Shown: positions 14,156 to 24,028 of the stretch, piece after piece | Layout of the letters: every line of letters starts with the position of its first letter | How positions within the stretch are numbered: position 1 is the first letter of the stretch | Source of the DNA: a bacterium | GTDB lineage: Bacteria > UBA8248 > JACPRG01 > G963555815 | Assembly (NCBI GenBank): GCA_965261595.1 | Contig: CBDHDG010000006.1 | Coordinates: 1,088,001-1,152,000, forward strand | Reading direction: 5' to 3' | DNA: 64,000 bases | The notes under the pieces: model-generated | Seen by the model: the letters and a program-made list of their open reading frames with translations, nothing else | Databases searched by the model: none | What the model was told of the DNA's origin: nothing | Program-made: the position numbers and the translations under genes

Positions 14156-15160
14156 CTATTGCGGGGAAGCGGGAGCCTTCGAGATCTCGACCCGGATCAG
14201 CACGCGGCCTTTCATCGCGGCTTTGGATTCCGCGGCGCTTTTGACCACAACGCCTCGAAAGACTTGAAGACGCCGGATGAGGGACGGGAGTTTTTCACCG
14301 GCGATGACATAAAGACCCCGGCCTTCGGGACCGACGCTTATCCACCAGGAGGCCGCCGGCCCGGCCCCGGGGGCGGCGCTCCAGGGTTTTCCCTCCGCGG
14401 CGAGGATCTCACCCAACACCCCCGCCTCCAACGCCGGGGAGGAGGTGACGTTCAACGCAACAGGGAGGGGGGGGAGGGGGGGGGCTTGAACCGCCGCGGA
14501 CGATTGGAGCGGCGGCGCGGCCTTCGCCCGGGATAACGGGCGCTCCGCCCCGGCGGCGCCGGTCTCGCGCACCCGCTTGAGCGCCGCCCGCGTTTCGGCC
14601 AGGGTGTGCAACTGCTCCGAGACGAGCAGGGAGAGGGCGTCCGACTCCCGATTTCGAAGGTCCAGGGCGGCCTGAAGCCGCTTCACCCGGTCGGCGTCCG
14701 CTTGCGCGGCCAAACGCTCGCGAAGAGCGCTTTCCTTGGCAAGGCCGGCCTCGAGGCCTTTGACCCGCGCCGAGAGGATCCGGTTCTCCTGCCGCTCCCG
14801 CGTCCCGGAGACAACGAGGAAGATCAGCGCCGCGGCGACCGCCGCGCCCACGGGGAGGGTGACGGCGACAGGCTGGAAGAACCGGCGGACCCATCGCCGC
14901 CAGTCCCCGCCCTGGGCGGCGCCGGCCGGCGCTTCATCGTCGATTCGCCGGGAGAGCGCGCTCCACAAAGAGACCGGGGGGTCCAGCTCCTCCATCTTCC
15001 CAAGCAGACTCACCGTCTCGCGCAGGGCTTCCAGCTCTTTGCGGGCGTTTTCATTCGTGCGGAGAAGCTCATCCACCTTCGCCCGATCGGCCTTGCCGAG
15101 GTCGCCCTCGAGATAGGCCGACAACTGCTCGCCCAATGGTTCTTGATTCAACGCGCTCAT
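14156..15160 (-). CDS. Anti-sigma factor (zf-HC2-like N-terminus, one TM helix, coiled coil)
   Basis: EQLSAYLEGDL N-terminus, TM segment AVAAALIFLVV; directly downstream of ECF sigma; ATG 15160 with AAGGA RBS. Confidence 0.7.
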   Translation of the reverse strand: MSALNQEPLGEQLSAYLEGDLGKADRAKVDELLRTNENARKELEALRETVSLLGKMEELDPPVSLWSALSRRIDDEAPAGAAQGGDWRRWVRRFFQPVAVTLPVGAAVAAALIFLVVSGTRERQENRILSARVKGLEAGLAKESALRERLAAQADADRVKRLQAALDLRNRESDALSLLVSEQLHTLAETRAALKRVRETGAAGAERPLSRAKAAPPLQSSAAVQAPPLPPLPVALNVTSSPALEAGVLGEILAAEGKPWSAAPGAGPAASWWISVGPEGRGLYVIAGEKLPSLIRRLQVFRGVVVKSAAESKAAMKGRVLIRVEISKAPASPQ

Positions 15161-15216
15161 GGAATCCTTATCCCTTCGCGTCATGGCCCGACGGCTTGCA
15201 TGACCCGGGGAAACGC

Positions 15217-15834
15217 TCAGCCCAAATAGGGCGCAAACTGTTTTTTCAACTCGTTCCGGGCTCTGTGAAGCCTGGACTTGATGGTCCATTCAGGGACGTC
15301 CAAGACCTGGCTCATCTCCTCGTAAGCCATGCCCTGAATGTCCCGGAGGACCAGGATCACTCGGAGCTCCGGGTCCAATTTTTCCACCTTTCGCTCCACA
15401 ATCCGCAGAAGCTGGCGGTTTTCAGCGAGGTGTTCCGGTAATCTCTCCCCCGAACCGGGCATGTGCGGACCGGGGTCGGCCGACTCTTCCACCCCATCAT
15501 CACGGAGCACCTCGTTCTCGCCCCTTCGGCGCAGGGTTTTCAGCCGGTTGAGCGCGTGATTGACGGCGACCCGATAGACCCATGTAGACAGCCGGGATTC
15601 GCCACGAAACTTCGGCAGCGCCCGGCGGATGGAAATAAACACCTCCTGACACGCGTCCTCGGCATCCTCCCGGTTCCCCAGCACCCGGACGGCCAGATTG
15701 AACACCGATCGCTGGAATCGGACAAACAACTCATGAAACGCTTCTTCGTCCCCGCCTTGAAACCGCTGGACCAACGGCCAATCCGGATCGGCTTTGCGGT
15801 TCGGCGGTTTTTTGAAGGACGGCATACCCTTCAT
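15217..15834 (-). CDS. ECF RNA polymerase sigma factor (RpoE-like)
   Basis: DAEDACQEVF, FRGESRLSTWVYRVAVN, region 4 YEEMSQVLDVPEWTIKSRLHRAR. Confidence 0.92.
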   Translation of the reverse strand: MKGMPSFKKPPNRKADPDWPLVQRFQGGDEEAFHELFVRFQRSVFNLAVRVLGNREDAEDACQEVFISIRRALPKFRGESRLSTWVYRVAVNHALNRLKTLRRRGENEVLRDDGVEESADPGPHMPGSGERLPEHLAENRQLLRIVERKVEKLDPELRVILVLRDIQGMAYEEMSQVLDVPEWTIKSRLHRARNELKKQFAPYLG

Positions 15835-15970
15835 CTCATCCTATATGACAGTCCGGAGCGCTAAACGGTTCTGAACGCTTTCCCGGAGGCCCCGAGAGAG
15901 GCGCGCAATCGGATTAGAACCCACCTCGACGAAAAATCCAACTCGTTTCGAGGGCGAATCGACGGACCCT

Positions 15971-16834
15971 TTATCCCAGGAGAACACCTATCGCGCCCGC
16001 CACGATCAAAACGCCCCCTCCGACCACCTTCCCCGTCACGTTCTCGGAGGATTGCAGGAATATATAGCTCAGGCCCACGGAATACAGGGGATGAATATTG
16101 ACCAGCGGGGACACCAGGCTCACATCGCCCTGATTCAGGGCAAAAAACACCAGCAGATAGGCCGCGACCAGCAGGACGCCGGAGCCGATAAAGAGCCAAA
16201 GGCTCTTTGCGTTCACAACGAACCGCTCACGGCCCGAGGATGACAAAAAGGAGACGTAAAGCGCCAACGTGGCCGTCAAAGCCGTCAGCGCCGCGCCCGA
16301 GACGGGGATCGGGACCAGGCCGAGCCCGAGCTTGGTGAAGATGTCCCGGAAAGCGAAACAGAGCGCCGCGGCCAAAGGCAGGAAGATCGTCCAGGTGCTC
16401 CAGCTCCCGCCGCCGGTCCGGGTGTAACTCATTGTCCCGATGCCGATGATGATGAACAGCGTCCCGAGGAGAACGAGCCCTGAGGGCCGCTCCCCCAGAA
16501 AGGAGATCGCCACGATGACGGAAAACAGGGGCGTCGCGCCGACCAGAACCGATGACCGGGCCAGGCCCATGTGGCGGTAGCCCCGGTACAGAAAGATCCT
16601 CGCCAGGCTGGGCGCGAACAGCCCCGCCACGACGAACGGCCAGGCGGAAAGAGACCAAATCGGCCGGATCGGCGCGAACAGCTCCGCCAGCGCCCAAAGC
16701 CCCAAGGCGTTGACCGTTACGTTGACGGTGACCGCGGTTCTCGGGTTCGAGGTGTCCAGACCGAGTCGGACCATGAAGTGGGACAAAGAGAACGTAAGCC
16801 CCGCGCCCAGCGCCAGCGCGACGGATGAGGTCAA
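15971..16834 (-). CDS. DMT/EamA family transporter
   Basis: 10-TM pattern, PLFSVIVAISFLGERP and LSYIFLQSSENVT motifs. Confidence 0.85.
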   Translation of the reverse strand: MTSSVALALGAGLTFSLSHFMVRLGLDTSNPRTAVTVNVTVNALGLWALAELFAPIRPIWSLSAWPFVVAGLFAPSLARIFLYRGYRHMGLARSSVLVGATPLFSVIVAISFLGERPSGLVLLGTLFIIIGIGTMSYTRTGGGSWSTWTIFLPLAAALCFAFRDIFTKLGLGLVPIPVSGAALTALTATLALYVSFLSSSGRERFVVNAKSLWLFIGSGVLLVAAYLLVFFALNQGDVSLVSPLVNIHPLYSVGLSYIFLQSSENVTGKVVGGGVLIVAGAIGVLLG

Positions 16835-16885
16835 CTCGAAAAACCTCTCTGGTGACCGGAATTTCGCGGCGGAAGGAGCCGGAGG

Positions 16886-16933
16886 GTGTCTCCGACACGG
16901 TGTGTCTACGACACGGTGTGTCTACGACGCTGT
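16886..16933. repeat. Tandem 16-bp repeat x3 (GTGTCTACGACACGGT) with internal hairpin
   Basis: Units at 16886, 16902, 16918 (third degenerate); GTGTC-nnn-GACAC palindrome in the first two. Confidence 0.85.
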
Positions 16934-16986
16934 GCGTCATCGACGGGAAAAGGATTCGGCCGTCGATCCGACCCGGCTGTCCGGTC

Positions 16987-17847
16987 TCAATTGAACAAAA
17001 TCAAACAGGCACCCCCGACGACAAAGAGGCCTCCCTCGAGCACCCTCCACGTGACGTGTTCCTTCGACTGAAGGAACAGGAAGCTGAAACACACGGAAAA
17101 CAGGGGGAACACGCTGATCAACGGAGTCACCTTGGTCACCGTGCTTGCCCCCAAAGCCAAATAAAAGCTCGCATAGGCGAGTGTGGCGAAGACCCCGCCA
17201 AAACAAAAGAGGATCAGGCTCCTTTTGGTCAGGATGAAATTCTTTCTGCTCCGTGGTCGCAGATAGGGAAAATATAAAACCACGGCGGCGGTTGTTGCGG
17301 CAACCGCGGCGCCGATCACAGGCGCCGGGATCCGGCCCAAACCGAACTTGACCGAGATGTCGCGAAGCGCGAAGAACAGCGCCGCCCCCAACGGCAAGAG
17401 GATCGACCAGCGGGTCCAGGTCATCTTCCGCTCGGGTTTGTAGCTCAACAGGGCGACGCCCAGGACGATCGCGACCGTCCCCAGGATGTCCCACGTTGTC
17501 GGCCGCTCTCCAAGAATCACGACGGCCAGGGTGACCGCAAACAAGGGGATCGAAGCGGCGATCACATCCGAGCGGGCGAGGCCGAGACGCTGATACCCGT
17601 GAAAAAGAAGGGTCCGCGCCAACAAGGGGGCGAAAATTCCCGCGAGGACGAAGGGCCAGAGGTCCATCGAGAGGAACGGACGAATGGACGAGGTGAACAG
17701 CGCGATGATCCAAAGGCCCGTAAAGTTCAGCGTTACATTGATGGTGATGGCGGTTTGCGGATTCGAGTCCTCCATTCCGAGACGCGCGAACAGGTTATTC
17801 AACGCGAAGGCCAAGGCGCCCGCGATCGCGAGGAAAGAAGGATTCAT
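16987..17847 (-). CDS. DMT/EamA family transporter (paralog of 15971-16834)
   Basis: PLFAVTLAVVILGERP, FSFLFLQSKEHVT; colinear with neighbour. Confidence 0.85.
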   Translation of the reverse strand: MNPSFLAIAGALAFALNNLFARLGMEDSNPQTAITINVTLNFTGLWIIALFTSSIRPFLSMDLWPFVLAGIFAPLLARTLLFHGYQRLGLARSDVIAASIPLFAVTLAVVILGERPTTWDILGTVAIVLGVALLSYKPERKMTWTRWSILLPLGAALFFALRDISVKFGLGRIPAPVIGAAVAATTAAVVLYFPYLRPRSRKNFILTKRSLILFCFGGVFATLAYASFYLALGASTVTKVTPLISVFPLFSVCFSFLFLQSKEHVTWRVLEGGLFVVGGACLILFN

Positions 17848-18094
17848 CAATCGAGGCCGCCTCTGTGAGTCGCCGCCAACCCGGCCCGGGCACGTTGAAG
17901 GGAGCCGGATATCCGCCGAACGCGACGCATCGGTCAGGCCGATCCCGCGTCCCCTGATATCCAACTTGTGGAAAACAAAAAGCCTTTTATCCTAGCACGC
18001 CGTAGGAAGAATGCGTTCGAACCGGCGCCGGCCCCGCCGGGCCTCCGGCCGCTCCGCCCTCCCGCCGGCGAACCCTTTCGATAGAAGTGGTAGA

Positions 18095-19066
18095 ATGACG
18101 CCTCTGGAAGAGAGGACCGCTGTCACTGAACCCATCTTTGGCGTGGAGATCCGGATGCCGCGGGAATCGGCGCAAGAGGCCGGGCGCGTCTCCTTGTTGG
18201 TGACCTGCCTGGCGGATCAGTTTTTTCCCGAAGTGGCCGAGGCCGCCGTGCGCGCGATCCGCCGCCTCGGCGTCCGGGTGGACTGCCCATCCGGCCAGAC
18301 GTGCTGCGGCCTCCCTCACTACAACAACGGGTTCCCCGATGAAGCCCGCCGCCTGGCCGAGCGGAACCTCGATCTGTTCGGGGGGGAGGGGGGGGGAGAC
18401 GGCCCCGTTGTGATCCCTTCCGGGTCCTGCGGCTGGATGTGCAAATCCGTCTATCCCAGTCTCTTCGAGGGCGACCCCTGGATGCGCGACCGGGCGATCC
18501 GGTTCAGCGACCGGGTGACCGAGCTCTCCGCTTTCCTGGCCTCCCGTCCGGAAGGGACGAAGGGGGAGGAAGGGGGGGACGCCCCCCAATCCGGGAAGGG
18601 TTTCGGCAAGATCGCGCTCCACGATTCCTGTCACGCCCTGCGAGGTCTGGGACTGCGGGACGAGCCGCGAAAGCTCCTGGCCGAGACCGGGGCCGAGGTT
18701 GTCGATCTGCCCGGTGCGGACCGCTGCTGCGGTTTCGGGGGCAGCTTCGCCGTGAAGCTCGACGAGGTATCCACGGCTATCCTGAAAGAGAAGCTCCAGG
18801 CCGCCCGGGAATGCGGCGCCGATACCATCGTGACGGCCGACGGCGGCTGTCTCATGCAGCTCCGGGGCGGCGCGGGGAAATGGGTCGAGATGGGCTTGGA
18901 CGGCCCCCCGCCGCGCTGTCTCCACTTGGCCGAGGTCCTGGCCCCGCCGGAGGACGGCATCCCGTCGGAAGACGGCGCACCGCCCCCCCCGCCCGTTTCT
19001 CCGCCTCTTCCAACTCCGCAAGCCGGGACGAACGTCCCCCGGGAAGGGGAGGACCATGCCCCATAA
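18095..19066 (+). CDS. lutA: LutA-like CCG-domain Fe-S protein (lactate utilisation); start uncertain
   Basis: TCLADQ, QTCCG, SGSC, HDSCH, CCGFGGSF, DGGCLMQ. Confidence 0.85.
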   Translation: MTPLEERTAVTEPIFGVEIRMPRESAQEAGRVSLLVTCLADQFFPEVAEAAVRAIRRLGVRVDCPSGQTCCGLPHYNNGFPDEARRLAERNLDLFGGEGGGDGPVVIPSGSCGWMCKSVYPSLFEGDPWMRDRAIRFSDRVTELSAFLASRPEGTKGEEGGDAPQSGKGFGKIALHDSCHALRGLGLRDEPRKLLAETGAEVVDLPGADRCCGFGGSFAVKLDEVSTAILKEKLQAARECGADTIVTADGGCLMQLRGGAGKWVEMGLDGPPPRCLHLAEVLAPPEDGIPSEDGAPPPPPVSPPLPTPQAGTNVPREGEDHAP

Positions 19067-21338
19067 AGGCTTTCGCCGCAGTGCCCGAATCGCCCTGGCC
19101 GACGCCAATCTTCAGGAGGCCCTGCGCCGCGCCACGCACGCTTTCGACACCCGCAGGGCCGGGGCTCTGGCGACGTTGGAAGACTCCGACGCCCTCCGGA
19201 CGCGCGCGTCCGAGATCCGGACCTCCACGCTGAACCACATCGACCGCCACCTGGCCCGCCTGACAGAAAGCGTCGAGCGGGTCGGAGGCCGGGTCCATTT
19301 TTGCGACGACGCCCAAGCGGTCATCGAGACCGTTCTTCAAATCGCCGAGCGGCGCGGAATGCCGCCCATCATCAAGTCCAAGTCCATGGCCACCGAGGAG
19401 ATTCACCTCAACGCGGCCCTGGAGAAGGCCGGGCTGAACCCGGTGGAAACGGACCTGGGGGAGTGGATTCTTCAACTGGCGGGCGAGCGGCCCTCCCACC
19501 TCATCGCCCCGGCCATCCACAAGACCTCGGAGCAGATCGCCGACCTGCTCAACCGGAAGTTCGGCGAGTCCATTCCCCCGACCGAGAACGAGGCCATGAC
19601 CGCCCTGGCGCGGAAAAAGCTGCGCGGGGTCTTCATGGAAGCGGGGATCGGGATCAGCGGCGTCAACTTCGCCGTGGCGGAAACGGGGACGGTCGTCCTC
19701 GTGACCAACGAGGGCAACGGCCGCATGGTGACGAGCATCCCCCCGGTGCACATCGCCGTCATGGGGCTGGAAAAGGTCGTCCCGACCGTGGAGGACGTCT
19801 GTCTGCTCCTGAAGCTCCTGGCGCGCTGTGGAACGGGCCAGAAGATGACCGCCTATGTCTCGATGGTCACGGGCATGCGGCGGGACGTGGACCGGGCCGA
19901 GGGCCCGGAGGAGCTCCACCTGATCATCCTCGACGGCGGCCGCTCCGCCCACTTGGCGGGGCCGTTCCAGGAGGCCTTCAACTGCATCAAGTGCGGGGCC
20001 TGCCTCAACGCCTGTCCGGTCTACCGGAAGGTGGGCGGCCACGCCTACGATTCCACCTACCCGGGCCCCATCGGCGCCATCCTGTCTCCCATGTTGTGGG
20101 GGCACGAGAGCTCGGGCGACCTGCCGTTCGCCTCGACCCTCTGCGGGGCGTGCCTGGACGCCTGCCCCGTCAAGGTGGACATCCCCCGCATGCTCCTGGA
20201 GATGAGGGCTTCGGCCACGGAGAAGAAAGAGACGCCGTGGCTTGAGCGCGCCATCTTCCGGACGGCCGGGTTCGTCCTTCGCCGCTCTTGGCTCTACCGG
20301 GCGGCCGGCTGGACCGCCGCGAAGGTCCAGCTTCCCTTCGTCCGGGACGGCGGGATCGCGAAACTCCCCTGGCCGTTGAGCCGCTGGACGCGAACGCGCA
20401 TGTTCCCCGCCTTCGCGGAGCGCTCCTTTCAGTCCCGGTGGAGAGAGCTTCAGTGGGACGGCGCGCCGGCCCCGCCCCCGCCGAATGGGCGCGCGGGAGA
20501 GGGAGGGGGAGAAGGGGAGGGAGAGGAAGACGGCCGGGTGCCGAATGGTCGGGAACCGAACGGTCGCGGACCGGAGATGATTCAGCGGGCCGCCCGCGCC
20601 CTGAAGACCGGCGTGGAGCACGTCGGCGGCCTCCGCGTCCAGCCCGCCGATCGGCCGCCGGGAGACATGGCGGAGCGTTTCTGCCGCGAGCTCGAGGGGG
20701 TGAGCGGAAACGCGCACCGGGCGAAGGACCTGCGCGAGGCCTCCCGAATTGTGTCGGACTTGCTTCAAGAGAAGGGCGTCGCCTCGGTCGCGGCCTGGGA
20801 CACGCCGCTGTTGCGCATCCTGGAAGGGGCCGTCTCGGGGGAGGGAAGCGGGGCGGGCTGGTTTTGGGGGCCGGGGCGGAACCGGGATTTCGAGGCCTTG
20901 AAGACGGCGGACCTCGGAATCACCGAAGCCCATCTCGGCCTGGCCGCATCCGGGACGCTCATGCTGATCGCGAGTCCGGGCCGCTCGCGTCTGGTTTCCC
21001 TCCTCCCGGCCGTTCATCTGGCCATTTTGCCGGAAGGCCGCCTGGTGGAGGGCCTGGACGACCTTCCGGGCGTGATCGGGGAGGCCTTCGCGCCCGGTTC
21101 CGGGGCGAACGGGATTCAGGCCATCGACCTGATCACCGGTCCCAGCCGGAGCGCGGACATCGGGATGGTCCCGACCTTGGGGGCGCACGGCCCCAAAGAG
21201 GTCCACGTCATCATCCTGGGAAACGGCGAGACGGCCGATTCCGGCCCGGGACCGATTGGGTCCGCCGAAACCGCGGTCCCGCCGGCGGCCGGAACGGAGT
21301 CCGAGGCCGGCCGGGGATTGGGGTTGGTGGACCATTGA
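19056..21338 (+). CDS. lutB: LutB-LutC (LldF-LldG) in one reading frame (fusion or frameshift artefact)
   Basis: LutB: KSKSMATEE, ETDLGE, CIKCGACLNACP, CGACLDACPVKVDIP; after a G/P/E linker, LutC-like ITGPSRSADI...GAHGP. Confidence 0.85.
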   Translation: MPHKGFRRSARIALADANLQEALRRATHAFDTRRAGALATLEDSDALRTRASEIRTSTLNHIDRHLARLTESVERVGGRVHFCDDAQAVIETVLQIAERRGMPPIIKSKSMATEEIHLNAALEKAGLNPVETDLGEWILQLAGERPSHLIAPAIHKTSEQIADLLNRKFGESIPPTENEAMTALARKKLRGVFMEAGIGISGVNFAVAETGTVVLVTNEGNGRMVTSIPPVHIAVMGLEKVVPTVEDVCLLLKLLARCGTGQKMTAYVSMVTGMRRDVDRAEGPEELHLIILDGGRSAHLAGPFQEAFNCIKCGACLNACPVYRKVGGHAYDSTYPGPIGAILSPMLWGHESSGDLPFASTLCGACLDACPVKVDIPRMLLEMRASATEKKETPWLERAIFRTAGFVLRRSWLYRAAGWTAAKVQLPFVRDGGIAKLPWPLSRWTRTRMFPAFAERSFQSRWRELQWDGAPAPPPPNGRAGEGGGEGEGEEDGRVPNGREPNGRGPEMIQRAARALKTGVEHVGGLRVQPADRPPGDMAERFCRELEGVSGNAHRAKDLREASRIVSDLLQEKGVASVAAWDTPLLRILEGAVSGEGSGAGWFWGPGRNRDFEALKTADLGITEAHLGLAASGTLMLIASPGRSRLVSLLPAVHLAILPEGRLVEGLDDLPGVIGEAFAPGSGANGIQAIDLITGPSRSADIGMVPTLGAHGPKEVHVIILGNGETADSGPGPIGSAETAVPPAAGTESEAGRGLGLVDH

Positions 21339-21466
21339 GTCGGTTGACGTGGGTTTCCGACGAACGCGGATGCCGAAAAACGGGATAGGCCGAGTCTAGG
21401 GATTGTCTGTCAATCAATGACCCAATGGATGGGCGCTGACCAAGTTTCAACATCCTGTTTTCTGCG

Positions 21467-21522
21467 GGCGTGTGACGGGCCGGACGGTGCCACCGCCTCG
21501 GTGGTCCCCGTCCCGGCCCGTC
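21467..21522. repeat. GC-rich hairpin after lutBC (terminator/REP-like)
   Basis: GACGGGCCGGACGG ... CCGTCCCGGCCCGTC inverted repeat. Confidence 0.5.
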
Positions 21523-21548
21523 TTGATAGGGGCGCGCCCTAACAGCTA

Positions 21549-21772
21549 CGAAGACAAGAACGTGCGCGACGGGGCCTCTATCGCCTGTTCAACCGGGACA
21601 CGGAAGGGGCGATTGTGAGACGGGTCAGGACGACAAATATTGAAGGCGGGTTCCTGATCGAGTCGGACAACCCGGACAAGCGGCGGAACCGACGATGATC
21701 TGGAAAACCGACGAGGACGCCCAGGGCTTCGACCTGATCGGCCGCGTGATTTGGGGCTGGACGCTGTTTTGA
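21549..21772 (+). pseudogene. Remnant of S24 peptidase (LexA/phage CI repressor C-terminal domain)
   Basis: Across two frameshifts reads ...VRDG/LYRLFNRDTEGAIVRRVRTTNIEGGFLIESDNPDK.../PTMIWKTDEDAQGFDLIGRVIWGWTLF*; SDNP and IGRVIW are S24 hallmarks; no HTH upstream. Confidence 0.7.
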
Positions 21773-21776
21773 GTGA

Positions 21777-22517
21777 GTGATGACCCTTAAAAGAGAGCAG
21801 AAGAACTCGGTAATTACGTTAATAAATGAAGCTGGCCTGATTCTCTCCGATTTCAAATGGGAGGATATGGGATTTGCGAAAGACCGGATTGTCTACAAAG
21901 AGGCAGAATTTTATTTCAACATAGCGTTGACTCACCAGCACGATTTCACCGTCAGCTTTACTCCCGGCGGTGAGAGAATGCTGGTTAATGAAGGTCCCCT
22001 TTCTTCATGGTTTCCACCAACCCTCGAGACGATCGATGTACCTCCGTCGGTTTTATCCTGGTGCCGCATTTGGGTCGAGAATCTAAAGAAAGAGCTTGAA
22101 ACCCCAGACCTCTGGGCAGCCATAGAAATTTCATCAGCGTATGATCAATCCAGAAGGCGCTTTTGGGAAAGCCCTGACGTTCTACCAAATGATCCTTTGA
22201 CGGACTCTGAAAAACGCAATATCGAAGAGAATCTTGCCACATTTCAAGAACAGATTGACCGGGTTCTCGAATTAAATGATGAGCAAAAAAAGTTTCTTAC
22301 CGCTCAAATTGAGTATTTTAGGTCAGCTTCAGAGCGGCTTGGGAAACGTGATTTGAAGATGATTTTGACTGGGGGTTTGATTCAACTCGTTGTTGGCCTG
22401 GCCCTTAACCCGGAACTCGCAAGAACATTCTTCAACATGGCGGCGTTGTTTTTTCAAGGATTGTTCGCCGGACCCAGCCCTGCGCCCGATCTACTTCCCC
22501 CGTCAACGCCCGTCTAG
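21777..22517 (+). CDS. Hypothetical protein (AT-rich, helical C-terminus)
   Basis: 246-aa ORF with atypical AT-rich codon use; starts 4 nt after the S24 remnant stop. Confidence 0.7.
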   Translation: MMTLKREQKNSVITLINEAGLILSDFKWEDMGFAKDRIVYKEAEFYFNIALTHQHDFTVSFTPGGERMLVNEGPLSSWFPPTLETIDVPPSVLSWCRIWVENLKKELETPDLWAAIEISSAYDQSRRRFWESPDVLPNDPLTDSEKRNIEENLATFQEQIDRVLELNDEQKKFLTAQIEYFRSASERLGKRDLKMILTGGLIQLVVGLALNPELARTFFNMAALFFQGLFAGPSPAPDLLPPSTPV

Positions 22518-22560
22518 CGACACATTAACAAGGGAAGAAGGGAGCAGTGTTCAAACCCGG

Positions 22561-22623
22561 GGGGAATTAAGGGGGGGAATTAAGGGGACACCATACTTAT
22601 TTCTGGAATTATGTATGGTGTCC
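22561..22623. repeat. REP-like palindrome with stuttered GGGGAATTAA end
   Basis: GGGGAATTAA x2 then GGACACCATAC...GTATGGTGTCC stem (22586-22623). Confidence 0.65.
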
Positions 22624-22666
22624 TCAAACCCACCCGGATGTTATCGGCGGGTGAGTCCGCCCCCCG

Positions 22667-22688
22667 GTAGGGCGGGCATCCTGCCCGC
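22667..22688 (+). repeat. GTAG-type REP element
   Basis: GTAG+GGCGGGCATCCTGCCCGC; related copies at 30199-30221 (-) and 63947-63968 (-). Confidence 0.8.
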
Positions 22689-23119
22689 ATCGCATGACTT
22701 TCCATTCGTGCAACCTGATCCTGTGGTCGTGTGGCTCCGAACGCGTTTGGCCTCAAATCCGCCAATCACAACGGAAAACGATCAACTAACCCGCATTTCT
22801 CACAACGGGTGCAGTAGACGATTTTCGAATGGCAGAATGCGCCTGGTATTTCCCGTTTTCCGGGAGCGTCGATCTCCGCTCGGAACCGTTGGGCGATTCG
22901 TATGCTCATCCATCGTGATGACGATTGTTGCAGGGGAGGGCCGAGGGGTCGGATGACCCCGCGCCCTCCCGCCTCTTACGAAAGGAGGATAACTAATTGG
23001 TTCATTGATCCTCCCAGCGATGGCGCATCGAGCCCGCGCGGGAGCCCGCAAGAGCCTGCCCTGAGAAGGGGGCTGGACCGCCCCTGGGTTATTGGACACT
23101 CGGGTGAGGGTATTCGACC

Positions 23120-24028
23120 TCATGCGGCCTCCGCAACTTGAGCGAGTTTTTCCTGCCTTGCCTGGGCCGGCGTTCGGTAGCCGTAGCCCTCGAGAATCCA
23201 ATGATGGTTGTACAGGTTCTTGAACTCAAGCAGCGCCCACCGCAGTTCCTCTACGGTGACGAAAGAGCGCACCCACAGGAGATTCTCCTTCAAGATGCGG
23301 ATGAACCACTCACAGTAGCCATTTCCCTCGGGCGCCCGCACGAAGCTGGGCGAACTGGTCATGCCCAGGTAGGCGATCTCCCGCTGAAAGTCATCGGACA
23401 GATAGGCGGGGCCGTGGTCGTGACGAACTTTAAGCCCCTCGGCGACGTCCGCCTCCAAGCCGGCGAAGCGCTCGGCGACCCCCTGCCGGATCGGCTCCAG
23501 GGCCTCGAAGCGGTTGCCGCTCTTGGCCGCATGGATCCCCACGCAGTCCACCGAGCAGTGATCCACCGCCACGAACACCGAGGCCATCCCCTCCTCGGTG
23601 GTCACCGTCGTCGTCATGTGCGTGCCCCACATTCGGTCGGGCCGCTCGGTGCGGATGGTCCCGTTGTGGGCCTTGGGACCTCGGGGTTTGCCCACCCGGT
23701 GAGGGGCCTGAAGCCCCGCCTCCCGCATCAGGCGACGCACCCGCTCCTTGCTGGTGCGGATGCCCGCGAAGCGCAGCCTCGCCCACACCTTGCGGTAGCC
23801 CTCGCCATGGAAGGGAGAGTCCTCCAGGACCTGCCGGATGTGGCCGAGGAGTTCCGCATCGGTGCACGGGCCCACAGGGCCGCGCTTATTGGGCGTGGGG
23901 CGTTCATGAACGGGGACCGCCTCTCGCCGCCGTTGCGCGTAGACCGTGGAGCGCGCCAAGCCCCAAAGGGCGCACACCCGCTTCAGGCCGTAGGCTCTGC
24001 CCGTGGAGGTGAAGCGGGCCTGACTCAT
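23120..24028 (-). CDS. IS3-family transposase OrfB (first catalytic Asp replaced by His)
   Basis: YRKVWARL HTH, WGTHMT (WGTDMT in other copies), DHG, EWFIRILK. Confidence 0.85.
   Translation of the reverse strand: MSQARFTSTGRAYGLKRVCALWGLARSTVYAQRRREAVPVHERPTPNKRGPVGPCTDAELLGHIRQVLEDSPFHGEGYRKVWARLRFAGIRTSKERVRRLMREAGLQAPHRVGKPRGPKAHNGTIRTERPDRMWGTHMTTTVTTEEGMASVFVAVDHCSVDCVGIHAAKSGNRFEALEPIRQGVAERFAGLEADVAEGLKVRHDHGPAYLSDDFQREIAYLGMTSSPSFVRAPEGNGYCEWFIRILKENLLWVRSFVTVEELRWALLEFKNLYNHHWILEGYGYRTPAQARQEKLAQVAEAA

Noticed and set aside
16886..16933. Mini CRISPR array
   Set aside because: 16-bp contiguous units without spacers; no cas genes in the window
22800..23201. ORFs starting MDSRGLRLPNAG (also 57650-58246 and 60105-60353)
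   Set aside because: Alternate-frame read-outs from the IS end into different flanks
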